From: Candidatus Magasanikiibacteriota bacterium
GTDB lineage: Bacteria; Patescibacteriota; Patescibacteriia; Magasanikbacterales; GWA2-37-8
Assembly: GCA_023246655.1 (NCBI GenBank)
Contig: JAHFHX010000004.1
Span: forward strand, 2,762 to 66,761
Length of the DNA: 64,000 nucleotides
Direction: 5' to 3'
The notes below the pieces were generated by a model. That model worked only from the letters and a program-made list of their open reading frames with translations. It was not told where the DNA came from and searched no databases. Made by a program: the position numbers and the translations under genes. Positions 1 through 9,441 of this stretch are shown piece by piece (within the stretch, counting starts at the first letter, position 1; the number at the start of each line of letters is the position of its first letter).

Positions 1-839
1 AAGAAATTTTAAAAAATGGCGTCGCCACCAAAGATGATAAGGTGATTGTGAAAATGGACATGTTTATTGATAAAATCCCGGTGGAGGGTGGGCAGGCAGA
101 TAAACACCAAGTATATTTAAGCGAGCCGCACTATATTCCCGGATTTGCGGAGCAGCTTGTGGGCCTTAAAAAAGATGGTGAGAAAGAATTTACCCTTAAA
201 TTCCCAGCTGACCACTACCAAAAACATATTGCCGGCAAGCAGGTTGATTTTAAAATTAAAGTCAACGATGTATTTGAATTAGAATATCCTACGCTTGATG
301 ATGCGTTCGCCAAAAACTTGGGCCAAGAAAGCCTTGTAAAACTCAAGGAGCTATTGATGGCTAACCTGGGGCGGGAAGCAGAGAAGAAAGAAGATGAGCG
401 TGTTGAAATTGCCATTTTAGAACAAACGATCGAAAAAAGCACCTTTGACGAGATCCCGGATGTATTGATTGATGCTGAAAAACGCAAGATGTTTTATGAA
501 CTCAAGGCGAGTTTGGATCGGCAAGGAATCCCGATGGAAAAATATTTAGCTGATCTTAAAAAGACGCAAGAAGAAATTTTTAAAGATTTTACTGAACAAA
601 GCACTAAACGCGCTAAAGCGGCATTAGTCTCTCGCCAGGTAGCCACCGAACATGCTATTATGGTAGAAAAAGATGAGCTTGAAAAAGAAATTGCTGCCAT
701 TAAACAAGCTTACCCCAACGACAAAACTGTAGAGGAAAATTTGAAGCGCCCGGAAGTAATTGATACAATATCGGCGACTGTACAAAATAAGAAGGTGGTG
801 GGATTGTTAAAAGAGCTGGTATTAGGGGGTGGGGCATAA
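1..839 (+). CDS. tig: trigger factor, C-terminal two thirds (5' end lies upstream of the window; the reading frame is open back to base 3)
   Basis: An FKBP-type PPIase segment (GKQVDFKIKVNDV) is followed by a typical trigger-factor C-terminal helical domain. No in-frame stop occurs before the window edge. Confidence 0.75.
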   Translation, partial: EILKNGVATKDDKVIVKMDMFIDKIPVEGGQADKHQVYLSEPHYIPGFAEQLVGLKKDGEKEFTLKFPADHYQKHIAGKQVDFKIKVNDVFELEYPTLDDAFAKNLGQESLVKLKELLMANLGREAEKKEDERVEIAILEQTIEKSTFDEIPDVLIDAEKRKMFYELKASLDRQGIPMEKYLADLKKTQEEIFKDFTEQSTKRAKAALVSRQVATEHAIMVEKDELEKEIAAIKQAYPNDKTVEENLKRPEVIDTISATVQNKKVVGLLKELVLGGGA

Positions 840-849
840 AGAGTAAAGT

Positions 850-1692
850 ATGTTCTTCGGCGCTCATGTTTCTATTGCCGGCGGAATTTTCAACGCCCCG
901 CTCAATGCGGCGGCTCTTGGATGTGAGGTGTTCCAAATGTTCACTCGCTCACCCCAAGGCGGGCAGGTGCCGGAATTAACGCCAGAGGTGGTGGCGTTAT
1001 TTAAAACTAACTGTGAACTCACTGGGCAACGGGAATGGTATATTCACTGCCCATATTTTATTAACTTTGCTTCAGCTAACCCACGCATTAAACATGGCTC
1101 CATTTCCGTGGTGCGGCAAGAGTTGGAACGTGGAACGCTTCTTGACGCCAAATATATAATGGCACACCTGGGGAGTTATAAAGATTTGGGAGAAGACAAG
1201 GGCTTTACTCAACTCGTAGACGGTCTCGCGGAGATGTTAAAAGGATACAAAGGCTCGACTCAATTTTTAATTGAGATTTCGGCAGGGGCAGGCGCCGTGA
1301 TTGGTGATACATTTGAAGAGATTAAAAAAATTATATACCACCCCAAATTAAAAAAATATGACATTGGCGTATGCTATGACATTCAACATGGATTCGCGAG
1401 TGGCTATGATGTGCGAACGCCAAAGGCGGTGGCCGCAACATTTGACAAGTTTGACCAATTAATCGGTTTGGAAAAATTAAAAATGTTTCACTGCAACGAT
1501 TCCAAAGTGGAATTTAACTCTCATAAAGATCGCCATGAGCATATTGGCGACGGCCATATTGGTCACGCGGGGTTTGAAGCACTCCTCGCCGAACCGCGCT
1601 TGAAGGATAAAAATTTTGTGCTTGAAACGGAACCTAATCGGGTGCGGGAAGATTTATTACTTCTTAAACAGCTGCGTACTCAGCATACTTAA
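850..1692 (+). CDS. nfo: endonuclease IV (AP endonuclease family 2)
   Basis: The N-terminus is MFFGAHVSIAGG. The protein is about 280 aa and has the conserved His and Asp metal ligands of a TIM-barrel endonuclease IV (HLGSY, HCNDSK, HEHIGDGHIG). Confidence 0.85.
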   Translation: MFFGAHVSIAGGIFNAPLNAAALGCEVFQMFTRSPQGGQVPELTPEVVALFKTNCELTGQREWYIHCPYFINFASANPRIKHGSISVVRQELERGTLLDAKYIMAHLGSYKDLGEDKGFTQLVDGLAEMLKGYKGSTQFLIEISAGAGAVIGDTFEEIKKIIYHPKLKKYDIGVCYDIQHGFASGYDVRTPKAVAATFDKFDQLIGLEKLKMFHCNDSKVEFNSHKDRHEHIGDGHIGHAGFEALLAEPRLKDKNFVLETEPNRVREDLLLLKQLRTQHT

Positions 1693-1694
1693 AT

Positions 1695-2033
1695 ATGCCG
1701 TATCGTGATCTTGAGGGTGAACCTTCTGAGCTAGCACGAAAAAGTCCTGCTATTCTGGAATTAGAACAACATATCGCGGAGCTGGGTACAATTGGCATTC
1801 AAATACCGGAAAATGTTTGGGTTGGTTTTATTATTAACTTTCCTCCTGGTTCTGATAGCAACCCCATACAGTTGCGGGATGTTCGACTTTACTGCGAACA
1901 ATATGGTATTCTTGAACCCTCTACAGCCTATAATGCCACCTTAATTATGTGGTATAGTAATAAACTAAAAAAATGGGTGCTTAAAACAACCAACAAAGGA
2001 AAGGTCTTAGAGGTCAAGAATGAAGGAATTTAA
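1695..2033 (+). CDS. hypothetical protein
   Basis: A 112-aa ORF lies tightly coupled 3 nt after the nfo stop and is followed directly by a terminator hairpin. Confidence 0.4.
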   Translation: MPYRDLEGEPSELARKSPAILELEQHIAELGTIGIQIPENVWVGFIINFPPGSDSNPIQLRDVRLYCEQYGILEPSTAYNATLIMWYSNKLKKWVLKTTNKGKVLEVKNEGI

Positions 2034-2066
2034 AAACCATCCCGACTGAGTCGGGATGGTTTTTCG
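2034..2066 (+). terminator. Rho-independent terminator hairpin CCATCCCGACTGAGTCGGGATGG followed by a T-run
   Basis: A perfect 9-bp stem is followed by TTTTTCGTTT. The same hairpin recurs at about 21003 and 34582. Confidence 0.7.
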
Positions 2067-2131
2067 TTTCGGCATCCAAATTAGTATCTTAGAATTTTTG
2101 GTAGTTGGCGACGCTCGTGAAAAGCCTCGCC

Positions 2132-2713
2132 TCACAGCGAGGCAGGCGTGAGTTGCAGAGGCGGCGAGAACGGCCGGCGCGGGTCGGGGCAGGATGCGCC
2201 CTCCACCGTGTCGACCATCGCCGGGTCGGGGATGAGCCACCGCATCCAGCCGGTCACTCCTCCCATGGTGACGGGTGCGTCCCCGCTGGGGGACGAGGCC
2301 AGTGGGCGCTTGGGGGCGATGAGGAGGCGACACTTGCCCTCCGCATCGAGCGGGAGAACCCCACGGATCCGGCCGTCCTTGTACAGCCGGACCTCCTTGA
2401 AGACCGGGTTGGGCGGCGGATCAAACCGCCAGTACCCCAAGATCTCCGTACCCTCCCGGACGAGGGCCTTCTCCCCCGCGGCCCTCATGTCGATCTCTTT
2501 CTTCTCCACCTCCTGCTTGGTGAAGGAAAGAAAAGCGACTTTGGGCGCGGCCCCTTCGACAGGGAAGCCAACGATCATCACCCCGAACCAGAAGCGGGGT
2601 GCCGCGTCGGAGGCAGGCGCCGGGATAGCGGGAGGGCGTGGCAGGGCCACGCTGCGCGGTGCAATACAGCCCGCCGCGAGCGTGGTGATAAAAAGCAAAT
2701 GACGAGCGTTCAT
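2132..2713 (-). CDS. GC-rich lipoprotein (signal peptide plus lipobox LAAGC); function unknown
   Basis: The N-terminus MNARHLLFITTLAAGC is a lipoprotein signal. An AAGGAG ribosome-binding site lies 7 nt upstream of the ATG. The region is about 65% GC. The gene is a paralog of the next gene upstream, sharing a GYWRFDPPP motif. Confidence 0.55.
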   Translation of the reverse strand: MNARHLLFITTLAAGCIAPRSVALPRPPAIPAPASDAAPRFWFGVMIVGFPVEGAAPKVAFLSFTKQEVEKKEIDMRAAGEKALVREGTEILGYWRFDPPPNPVFKEVRLYKDGRIRGVLPLDAEGKCRLLIAPKRPLASSPSGDAPVTMGGVTGWMRWLIPDPAMVDTVEGASCPDPRRPFSPPLQLTPASL

Positions 2714-2858
2714 GGGGTGCTCCTTTGCGCTCTATTAAATGGCGAGCGCCAACCACCGAAAATTCTAAATTGTATTTTCAAAGAACAGAATAATTTACTT
2801 AGTGCCTCTGGCAGGCGGCGGTGCTGTGGGAACGCCACGGACAGAGCGATTGATACTA

Positions 2859-3325
2859 CTACTGCGTCGGGCAGTCAAGCCCGACAAGGCCCTCGACCGT
2901 CGGGAGAAAAACGGCGCGCATCAAGCGGCCGCTCAATCCGCCGGCCGCAATGCGCAGCGGCTTCCCGTGCCGAAGGGCGGTTTGTAGCAGAAACAGCACC
3001 TGGCAGCGGTGCCTTTTGCCCCACACGGCCAGGTAGATGTTTCCGTCCGGGTAAACCCGGAACTCCTGCTCCAGAAGCGGGGGTGGCGGAAAGAACCGCC
3101 AGTACCCATCCTTGCCCTCGCCGGCCTGGACGACGACGACTTTCTCCCCCCGGATGGGAGCCGTTCCCCCGTTGCGCCGAAGATGAAGGCGAGGCGAGGC
3201 GCCTGCCCAGGCGCCACGTCTTCCACCACCATCAGCCCATACCAGCGGCTGGGCTCCATCTTGATGGTGGGGGCGGTGGCGCAACCGCCCAAGATGAGCG
3301 CCAACAAAACGAGGATCCTGCTCAT
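2859..3325 (-). pseudogene. frameshifted tandem paralog of the lipoprotein at 2132..2713
   Basis: The same upstream GCGCAAAGGAGG ribosome-binding site precedes an N-terminus MSRILVLLALILGGC (lipobox). Homology to the paralog then continues in a second reading frame (GYWRFFPPPP...TVEGLVGLDCP). The frame switch falls near a GGCGAG GGCGAG hexamer repeat at about 3175-3195. Confidence 0.45.
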
Positions 3326-3453
3326 ATCGGCCTCCTTTGCGCTCACCACGAGCGCCGGCCACCAGAGGTTCTAAATAGTGGGGTTGTATTGTATAATTGA
3401 CTTGACCCCTACATTACCACACTACCTTACCCTTGAATTTTGTCAAATTTTCT

Positions 3454-3681
3454 ATGCACCTGGCAGTTCATGTTATCCCTCGCTCCTCTAAAAATAAAAT
3501 TATCCCAACTGAACCGGGAACAGATATTTTGAAAGTAAAATTAACTGCTCCGCCAGTGGATGGAAAAGCAAATGAAGCTTTACTTAAACTACTCAGCCAG
3601 CACTTTAGGGTGGCGAAAAATAAACTGAGGATTATACAAGGAGAAAAAGGAAGAAAAAAGATAGTAGAGATAAACATCTAA
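3454..3681 (+). CDS. DUF167/YggU-family small protein
   Basis: The sequence MHLAVHVIPRSSKNKI...GKANEALLKLLSQHFRV...IIQGEKGRKK matches the YggU-type pattern. Confidence 0.6.
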   Translation: MHLAVHVIPRSSKNKIIPTEPGTDILKVKLTAPPVDGKANEALLKLLSQHFRVAKNKLRIIQGEKGRKKIVEINI

Positions 3682-3684
3682 TGT

Positions 3685-3951
3685 ATGCGAAAACTGATCT
3701 TTTTTGTTTTATATTTGCCTAAAAACGCACTTTTGTTATTAATAAAACTATATCAAAAAACCCTTTCTCCTGATCATGGTTTTTTAAAATCCCGCTTTCC
3801 CTATGGTTATTGCCGTTTCTATCCAACTTGCAGTGAATATACTCTCCAAGTTATACAAAAAAGAGGGTTAATGATTGGCCTTATGAGCGCTGTTTGGAGG
3901 GTATTGCGATGTAATCCGTGGAGTAAAGGGGGGGTTGACTTACCAAGGTAA
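3685..3951 (+). CDS. yidD: membrane protein insertion efficiency factor YidD
   Basis: The motif YQKTLSPDHGFLKSRFPYGYCRFYPTCSEY is the conserved YidD Cys and Tyr motif. Confidence 0.8.
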   Translation: MRKLIFFVLYLPKNALLLLIKLYQKTLSPDHGFLKSRFPYGYCRFYPTCSEYTLQVIQKRGLMIGLMSAVWRVLRCNPWSKGGVDLPR

Positions 3952-4022
3952 GTATAAAACAAGGAAAGGAGTGGAAGTTGCCGAGAATGGCTTTCTAAAA
4001 TTTTCAAAGATATTAAAAAATA

Positions 4023-4418
4023 TTATCTTTGGAGGCTGCCTGATTTAAAAAGTAATAATTTCATTTCTTCTCTAATCTCAGAGTAATTTTTTTCCAAAAT
4101 GGGTTTTTTGGCAACAAAAAGCAGGTAGTAGCCGTTTTGGAGCTGGTGGTCCTTAATAAGGAGACGAACAACTTCTCGCATTTGGCGCCTGACGCGGTTG
4201 CGTTTGACAGCGCTTTTAGAAATTTTGACCCCAACTGTAAAAACTAATTTGAGCTGTTTTTTAAACTTTTCTGGATCCTCTTTTTTGGGAAAATAATTTT
4301 GAATTGTGCCTAATCTCAGCCATTTTAAATCACAAAATGAGCCATTAACCCAGCGGCCATATTTTATGATGAGGTTAAAATCACGAACTTTGGCGAGGCG
4401 ATTAATTGACTGTAACAT
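4023..4418 (-). CDS. rnpA: RNase P protein component
   Basis: A basic roughly 130-aa protein lies directly downstream of rpmH in the classic rpmH-rnpA arrangement and contains an RNR-like segment (KSAVKRNRVRRQMREV). The start is ambiguous between 4418 and 4433. Confidence 0.7.
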   Translation of the reverse strand: MLQSINRLAKVRDFNLIIKYGRWVNGSFCDLKWLRLGTIQNYFPKKEDPEKFKKQLKLVFTVGVKISKSAVKRNRVRRQMREVVRLLIKDHQLQNGYYLLFVAKKPILEKNYSEIREEMKLLLFKSGSLQR

Positions 4419-4542
4419 ATGCGAAAAATGCATAACGTGGAACGTTTTGACAGGTTGCGCACTCCACGTTATGCGAGATATCTTACACTAAACAAAAACC
4501 ACCCGCAAATTAACGAGTGGTATCTGTAAATCTAAATAACAA

Positions 4543-4719
4543 CTAACTCTTAAATCTCCGCAACTTGCCGGTAATCTCATCGGACACGGTGAGTTTTTTT
4601 CGCTGCTTGGCACGACGACGACTAAGAACCTCGCGGCCTTGTTTGGTCTTCATGCGTGCTCTGAAACCATGAGTTTTGGCACGTTTACGTTTTTTTGGTT
4701 GGTAAGTGCGCTTAGGCAT
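4543..4719 (-). CDS. rpmH: 50S ribosomal protein L34, with a short C-terminal extension
   Basis: The sequence [45 protein letters not shown] is a canonical L34. About 13 extra C-terminal residues follow. Confidence 0.85.
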   Translation of the reverse strand: MPKRTYQPKKRKRAKTHGFRARMKTKQGREVLSRRRAKQRKKLTVSDEITGKLRRFKS

Positions 4720-4774
4720 AATGAAGTTATTGGTTATTGATAAATAATAAAGTATTGGAGAAAAAAAGTCAAGC

Positions 4775-4806
4775 TTTTCCACACCTTGTCCACACCTTGT
4801 CCACGT
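4775..4806 (+). promoter_or_regulatory. cluster of three DnaA-box-like 9-mers (TTTTCCACA, TTGTCCACA, TTGTCCACG) in the rpmH-dnaA intergenic region
   Basis: These are direct matches to the TTATCCACA consensus with one mismatch each. They sit in the expected position upstream of dnaA. Confidence 0.5.
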
Positions 4807-4894
4807 GTTCTTACTCATTGTTCATTTGTCTCTCACACGAACTGTGTTACAATGGATCAGGTTTACTTTCTTCTAACTGGGCTCATTTTAGGAT

Positions 4895-6277
4895 ATGACA
4901 AACGGCGAAATTTGGCAGGCGGTTCTGGGAGAATTAGAGCTTACTATTTCCAAAGCTAATTTTGTGACTTGGTTTAAAAACACCGGCGTTGTTTCATACC
5001 AAGACGGACATGTTTTATTGTGTGTCCCCAATACCTTCACTAAGGCCTGGCTTGAAAAAAAATACCACCACCTTATTATTAAATCACTCGAGAGAATCAC
5101 CGGAAAACCGCTGCGTCGCTTGGAATATAAAATTGATAATATTAAAAACGTTGTCGAACAACCCCCAGCCCTGGCAACAACCTCTTCTCCTACACGTTCG
5201 CTAGAAACTTCATTTGTTTCTCGCCCCCCAACTAACGATCATGGTGGTTTTTCTCTTAACCCTAAGTATACCTTTGAGAGTTTTGTAGTTGGTAAAAGTA
5301 GTGAGCTGGCTTATGCAGCGGCCCAAGCGGTGGTAACGCGCCCTGGGGTAGCTTATAATCCGCTCTTTATTTATGGTGGAGTTGGCCTTGGTAAAACGCA
5401 TCTTATTCAAGCGGTGGGAAATGAACTCCGCCGCAACAACCCACAACTGACTGTTGTGTATGTGAGTGCCGAAAAGTTTTCTAATGATTTCATTACTTCC
5501 ATTAAAGAAAAGACGACCAAGGATTTCCTCGCTCGCTATCGTACTACCGATCTGCTCCTGATTGATGATATCCAGTTCATCGCAGGCAAAGAAGGAACAC
5601 AAGAGTCGTTTTTTCACACTTTCAACGAATTGCACCAACAAAATAAACAAGTAATCTTAACTTCAGATCGTCCACCAAAAGCTATTCCGGCCTTGGAAGA
5701 TCGACTGAAATCTCGTTTTGAGTGGGGCATGATTGCTGATGTTTCGACACCTGATTTTGAAACTCGAGTAGCCATTCTAGAGCGCAAGTGTTTGGAAAAA
5801 AACTTTCCTTTACCTATTAAAACCCTTCAATTTATCGCCAGCAATTTTCAAAGCAATATTCGTGAGTTGGAGGGGGCGCTCAATAAAATTATCGTATTTC
5901 ACCAGCTCAAAAATTGTGTTCCCACCCTAGAAACAATTAAAGAGGTTTTGATTTCCGCCAGCACCGTTTCAGCTCGTCAGTCACTTACTCCGCGTCAGCT
6001 TCTAGAGGTGGTTGGTCAATTTTATTCTTTAACAACTGATGATATTTTGAGTAAAAATAGAGAAAAAAAAATCTCTCTCCCGCGACAAATTATTATGTTT
6101 TTAATGCGCGAGGAGCTTAAAATGTCCTACCCCGCGATTGGTGATGAGTTGGGGGGTCGGGATCACACCACAGCCATGCATGCTCATGAAAAAATTGTTC
6201 GTGAACTTAACCAGGATCTTAAACTAAAACAAGATGTTGATTTATTAAAACAACGCTTGTATGTTAACAATGTATAA
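4895..6277 (+). CDS. dnaA: chromosomal replication initiator protein DnaA
   Basis: The N-terminus reads MTNGEIWQAVLGELE. The protein has a Walker A motif (GGVGLGKTHL), a sensor and box VII, and the C-terminal DNA-binding helix (LSLPRQIIMFLMREE...IGDELGGRDHTT). Confidence 0.95.
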   Translation: MTNGEIWQAVLGELELTISKANFVTWFKNTGVVSYQDGHVLLCVPNTFTKAWLEKKYHHLIIKSLERITGKPLRRLEYKIDNIKNVVEQPPALATTSSPTRSLETSFVSRPPTNDHGGFSLNPKYTFESFVVGKSSELAYAAAQAVVTRPGVAYNPLFIYGGVGLGKTHLIQAVGNELRRNNPQLTVVYVSAEKFSNDFITSIKEKTTKDFLARYRTTDLLLIDDIQFIAGKEGTQESFFHTFNELHQQNKQVILTSDRPPKAIPALEDRLKSRFEWGMIADVSTPDFETRVAILERKCLEKNFPLPIKTLQFIASNFQSNIRELEGALNKIIVFHQLKNCVPTLETIKEVLISASTVSARQSLTPRQLLEVVGQFYSLTTDDILSKNREKKISLPRQIIMFLMREELKMSYPAIGDELGGRDHTTAMHAHEKIVRELNQDLKLKQDVDLLKQRLYVNNV

Positions 6278-6289
6278 ATTTAGATGGAC

Positions 6290-6539
6290 AACTAGTGGAC
6301 AATCTGTTAGTAATTCAATCTTTTCCTCCTCACCCACCCCACATATTATTCCCAAATCAATTTTCTTTTCCACTCTCAATTTTTACCCCTTTCCCATGTC
6401 CACCGTTTTTCCTCTTTTGGCCGTTTTTTCCCCCACCGTTTTTCCACAACAGTTTCCTTTGTATTTTCTTGGTCTCCTTGACTTTTCCACACTTTCCACA
6501 GGCCTTATTATCATTATTAATTATATATATACTTAAACT
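6290..6539 (+). promoter_or_regulatory. candidate oriC in the dnaA-dnaN intergenic region, with DnaA-box-like repeats and an AT-rich unwinding element
   Basis: The plus strand is pyrimidine-rich. TTTTCCACA occurs twice and CTTTCCACA once at about 6443-6510, followed by ATTATCATTATTAATTATATATATAC immediately before dnaN. Confidence 0.5.
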
Positions 6540-7664
6540 ATGAACTTTACGTGCACCAAAGAAAACGCTGTGCGCGCCCTTGCCCTCATGAGTGGGGTAA
6601 CTGGAAAAAGTGTTAACCTACCCATTTTGAGTAATGTGCTTATTCGAGCTGATGAACAGAAGGTCGATTTTATTGCTACCAACCTTGAGGTAGCCCTCAC
6701 AGTAACGATTAGAGCTAAGATTGAGGCGCCGGGGGCCTTTACTGTTCCCGCCAGAACGCTCGTAGAGTGTGTTGGTTTGGCGCCAACCGAAAAAATTGTT
6801 TTTGTAGTTCATGATAACGAGTTGGTGGTTACAGCCGGCAAAGCCGTTACCAAAATTAAAGGAACTGGTGCCGAAGATTTTCCTGTTATTCCGACCTTGG
6901 AAACCGGTTCCGGATTTGTGCTCGAGGCCGCCGCGCTTCGAGAAGGGCTTAATCAGGTTTTACCCGCTGTTGCTAAAAGTGACATTCGACCAGAGCTATC
7001 GGGGGTACTTTTAGAGTTAGATGGAGAAAAGCACTTGGCGACCTTAGCTGCCACCGATAGCTATCGGCTGGCTGAGAGAAAATTTTCGCTACAGCAGGGC
7101 AGCACCCATATACGAGTGGTCGTGCCCGGAAGAACTGCCCAAGAGATCGAACATGTGCTTTCTCCTATTTCTGATGGCACCGAGGAAAACGTACGAGTTT
7201 TGGTGGGTGATAATCAGCTAGCCTTAACTTTTCAGAACATCCAACTCGTTTCGCGTTTAGTGAGTGGAGAATATCCTGACTATACTCAAATTATTCCTAC
7301 TGCTTTTACTACCACTGTTGAAATTTCTACTGATGCACTTGTTAAAGAGCTTAAGGCGGCTGGTTTATTTACGACAAGTGGAGTTAACGCGGCGACACTT
7401 ACTGTTGAGCCAGAGTCCGGTGCGTTAAAAATTTTTTCAGCATCACTACAAACTGGTGAATATGCCTCTGAGCTCCCCGTTAAAATTACTGGTGTGCAAA
7501 CTACCACTGTATTAAATTATCGATATGTTCTTGAGGGGCTAGCACGGATGGGTGCACAGACAGTAGTAATGAAATTAATTAATAGTGACAGCCCCTGTAT
7601 ATTTACACCGGCCGGAGAAAATAAAGAAGCATTTATATATATCGTGATGCCAATTCGTCAATAA
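6540..7664 (+). CDS. dnaN: DNA polymerase III beta sliding clamp
   Basis: The protein is 374 aa, lies immediately after dnaA, and shows the three-domain clamp pattern. Its N-terminus MNFTCTKENAVRAL is typical. Confidence 0.9.
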   Translation: MNFTCTKENAVRALALMSGVTGKSVNLPILSNVLIRADEQKVDFIATNLEVALTVTIRAKIEAPGAFTVPARTLVECVGLAPTEKIVFVVHDNELVVTAGKAVTKIKGTGAEDFPVIPTLETGSGFVLEAAALREGLNQVLPAVAKSDIRPELSGVLLELDGEKHLATLAATDSYRLAERKFSLQQGSTHIRVVVPGRTAQEIEHVLSPISDGTEENVRVLVGDNQLALTFQNIQLVSRLVSGEYPDYTQIIPTAFTTTVEISTDALVKELKAAGLFTTSGVNAATLTVEPESGALKIFSASLQTGEYASELPVKITGVQTTTVLNYRYVLEGLARMGAQTVVMKLINSDSPCIFTPAGENKEAFIYIVMPIRQ

Positions 7665-7761
7665 GAGATATTTTGGCACCAGAGGAATTTTGGTGCAAAG
7701 ATAACAAGATACGCAAAATGTGTTATACTAGAGGAAGTTTGAATTCTAATTTTTTAAAGAT

Positions 7762-9360
7762 ATGAAACAACAAATTTTTTTACGGACACTTTTGGTGTTG
7801 GGAGTTGGTATTTTAATTTTCAGACCAATAGCGCCAGCTCAGGCGTTTTGGCTGGGAGTGCCAAGTCATATCCAGTCTTTGTGGCAGCAGGTGAAAGCAG
7901 AGGAGGGTGGACAGGTATCGCCTCCGCCGGCTGGTGGTGGGCAGCAAATGCCGCCTCCATCTGGAGGTGTACCGGGACAAGCACCTGGTGGCCAAATGCC
8001 ATTGCCCCCAGGTAATATGCCGGGAGGGCAGTCGCTGGGAGTTCCGAGCATGCCCCCGCCACCAGGCGGAATGCCCGGAAAGTTGCCGGGTGGTAAAATG
8101 GGGCCTCTCCCAAATGGAATGATGGGGGAACAGAGAGGGCAACTAGAGGGGATACGCCGAGGTGGTTTTGAGATGGAACGAAATCTTGGGAAGTTTGAGC
8201 GCATGATGCAAGAAGAACAACAAAACGGGAAACCACCATCAGCTGAAATGCAGAGTCGCATGAATCGTGCGCACGGTACAGTGGAACAGGTAAAAGGGGC
8301 AACATCACTTGATGATTTTAAAAATACTGAAATGAACCAGCTGGGGGATGATATGCAAGCGATGGAACAAGAACGGCGTGAACGCCAGATGCAAGAACAA
8401 CAATTGAAAATGTTGCAGCGCGGAATAAAGGGGATAGAGCAGGGTGTGACAGGGTTTGAACGCCAGCTTACTCGGCTTACCAAACAAGGGCTTACACTCC
8501 CTGGTGACGTGAGCGAAAAGTTGAGTAAAGCTAAAGAAATAATTGGCGCTGTAAAAAATGCTAAAACCTTTGAAGAGGCTCAAAATGCTGGCATGGAAGA
8601 CTTGCAGGATATAATGCAAGATTTAAATGATAGCCGTCAGCAACTCGAGATGCTCGCTCGTTGGCCACAGACACTAAAACAAATTGATCGGCAACTTGCT
8701 CAACTCCAGCGTGAACTTAAACAAAGCAAGGCGATTGTAGAAAGGTTAAAGAAAAAGGAAATTGATTTAAGCAGCACGTATAATGCCTTTGCGGAGGCGG
8801 TAGCCAAACTAAAAGGTGTCCGTGATGAAGCAGATATAAAAGCCAAGGCCGGCGACATGGAAGCTGCAATGGAGTTATTGCAGGAGGATTTTTTTGGACA
8901 GCTTGACGATATTCGTCAGAATGAACAGGTGATTATTACCATGAGCAACTTGGGTCGATTTATGAGCGATTTTAAACGCTCACTCTCCGAGGCCGAGCGT
9001 CAAGTGCGCCAGGCCGAGCGCAAGAAACTTGATACCACTGAGCTCAGGGATTTATTAAGCCAGGCACAGGCCAAAGGAGCAGAAATAAAAGCAATGCTCC
9101 AAGGCGGTGGTGAAATTGATGAGGAGGAAATAATGAGTACACTTCATGAGCTCGAAGACATTAAGCAACAGTTTCAAGAAAAAGCCCAGGATTTATTAGG
9201 TACTGGTCAAGATCAACTACAACAATTTCAGGGTGGTGGACAGCAGTTTCAAGAGCTTCGCGTATCACCCGATGTGCGCCAGTTACTTGGTAATCGACGG
9301 ACGGATCAACGTGGTAACACGGAAGAATCAGGGCCGGCCGCACTGCCGGACAGGCAATAA
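7762..9360 (+). CDS. secreted hypothetical protein with a Pro/Gly-rich low-complexity N-region and a long Gln/Glu-rich coiled-coil region
   Basis: A signal-peptide-like N-terminus is followed by PPPAGGGQQMPPPSGG repeats and then heptad-like Q/E/K/L-rich sequence. Confidence 0.5.
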   Translation: MKQQIFLRTLLVLGVGILIFRPIAPAQAFWLGVPSHIQSLWQQVKAEEGGQVSPPPAGGGQQMPPPSGGVPGQAPGGQMPLPPGNMPGGQSLGVPSMPPPPGGMPGKLPGGKMGPLPNGMMGEQRGQLEGIRRGGFEMERNLGKFERMMQEEQQNGKPPSAEMQSRMNRAHGTVEQVKGATSLDDFKNTEMNQLGDDMQAMEQERRERQMQEQQLKMLQRGIKGIEQGVTGFERQLTRLTKQGLTLPGDVSEKLSKAKEIIGAVKNAKTFEEAQNAGMEDLQDIMQDLNDSRQQLEMLARWPQTLKQIDRQLAQLQRELKQSKAIVERLKKKEIDLSSTYNAFAEAVAKLKGVRDEADIKAKAGDMEAAMELLQEDFFGQLDDIRQNEQVIITMSNLGRFMSDFKRSLSEAERQVRQAERKKLDTTELRDLLSQAQAKGAEIKAMLQGGGEIDEEEIMSTLHELEDIKQQFQEKAQDLLGTGQDQLQQFQGGGQQFQELRVSPDVRQLLGNRRTDQRGNTEESGPAALPDRQ

Positions 9361-9380
9361 GCGGATTCAACGTTACTACT

Positions 9381-9414
9381 AAAAAAAGCGTCCCATTCAC
9401 GGACGCTTTTTTAT
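9381..9414. terminator. bidirectional terminator hairpin AGCGTCCCATTCACGGACGCT flanked by A-run and T-run
   Basis: A perfect 7-bp stem with A7 upstream and T6 downstream lies between two convergent genes. Confidence 0.55.
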
Positions 9415-9441
9415 AATAATATTTTTGTTTGGTGTGGTAGA

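Noticed and set aside
2105-3400. 431-aa plus-strand ORF and several other long ORFs spanning the GC-rich segment
   Set aside because: High GC removes stop codons in all frames. The minus-strand lipoprotein genes have ribosome-binding sites, signal peptides and paralogy. The plus-strand ORF is Arg/Gly/Pro-rich noise.
6261-6543. Small ORFs of 82-91 aa in the dnaA-dnaN spacer
   Set aside because: They are polypyrimidine tract artefacts (Pro/Phe/Ser-rich) in the predicted origin region, so there is no coding signal.
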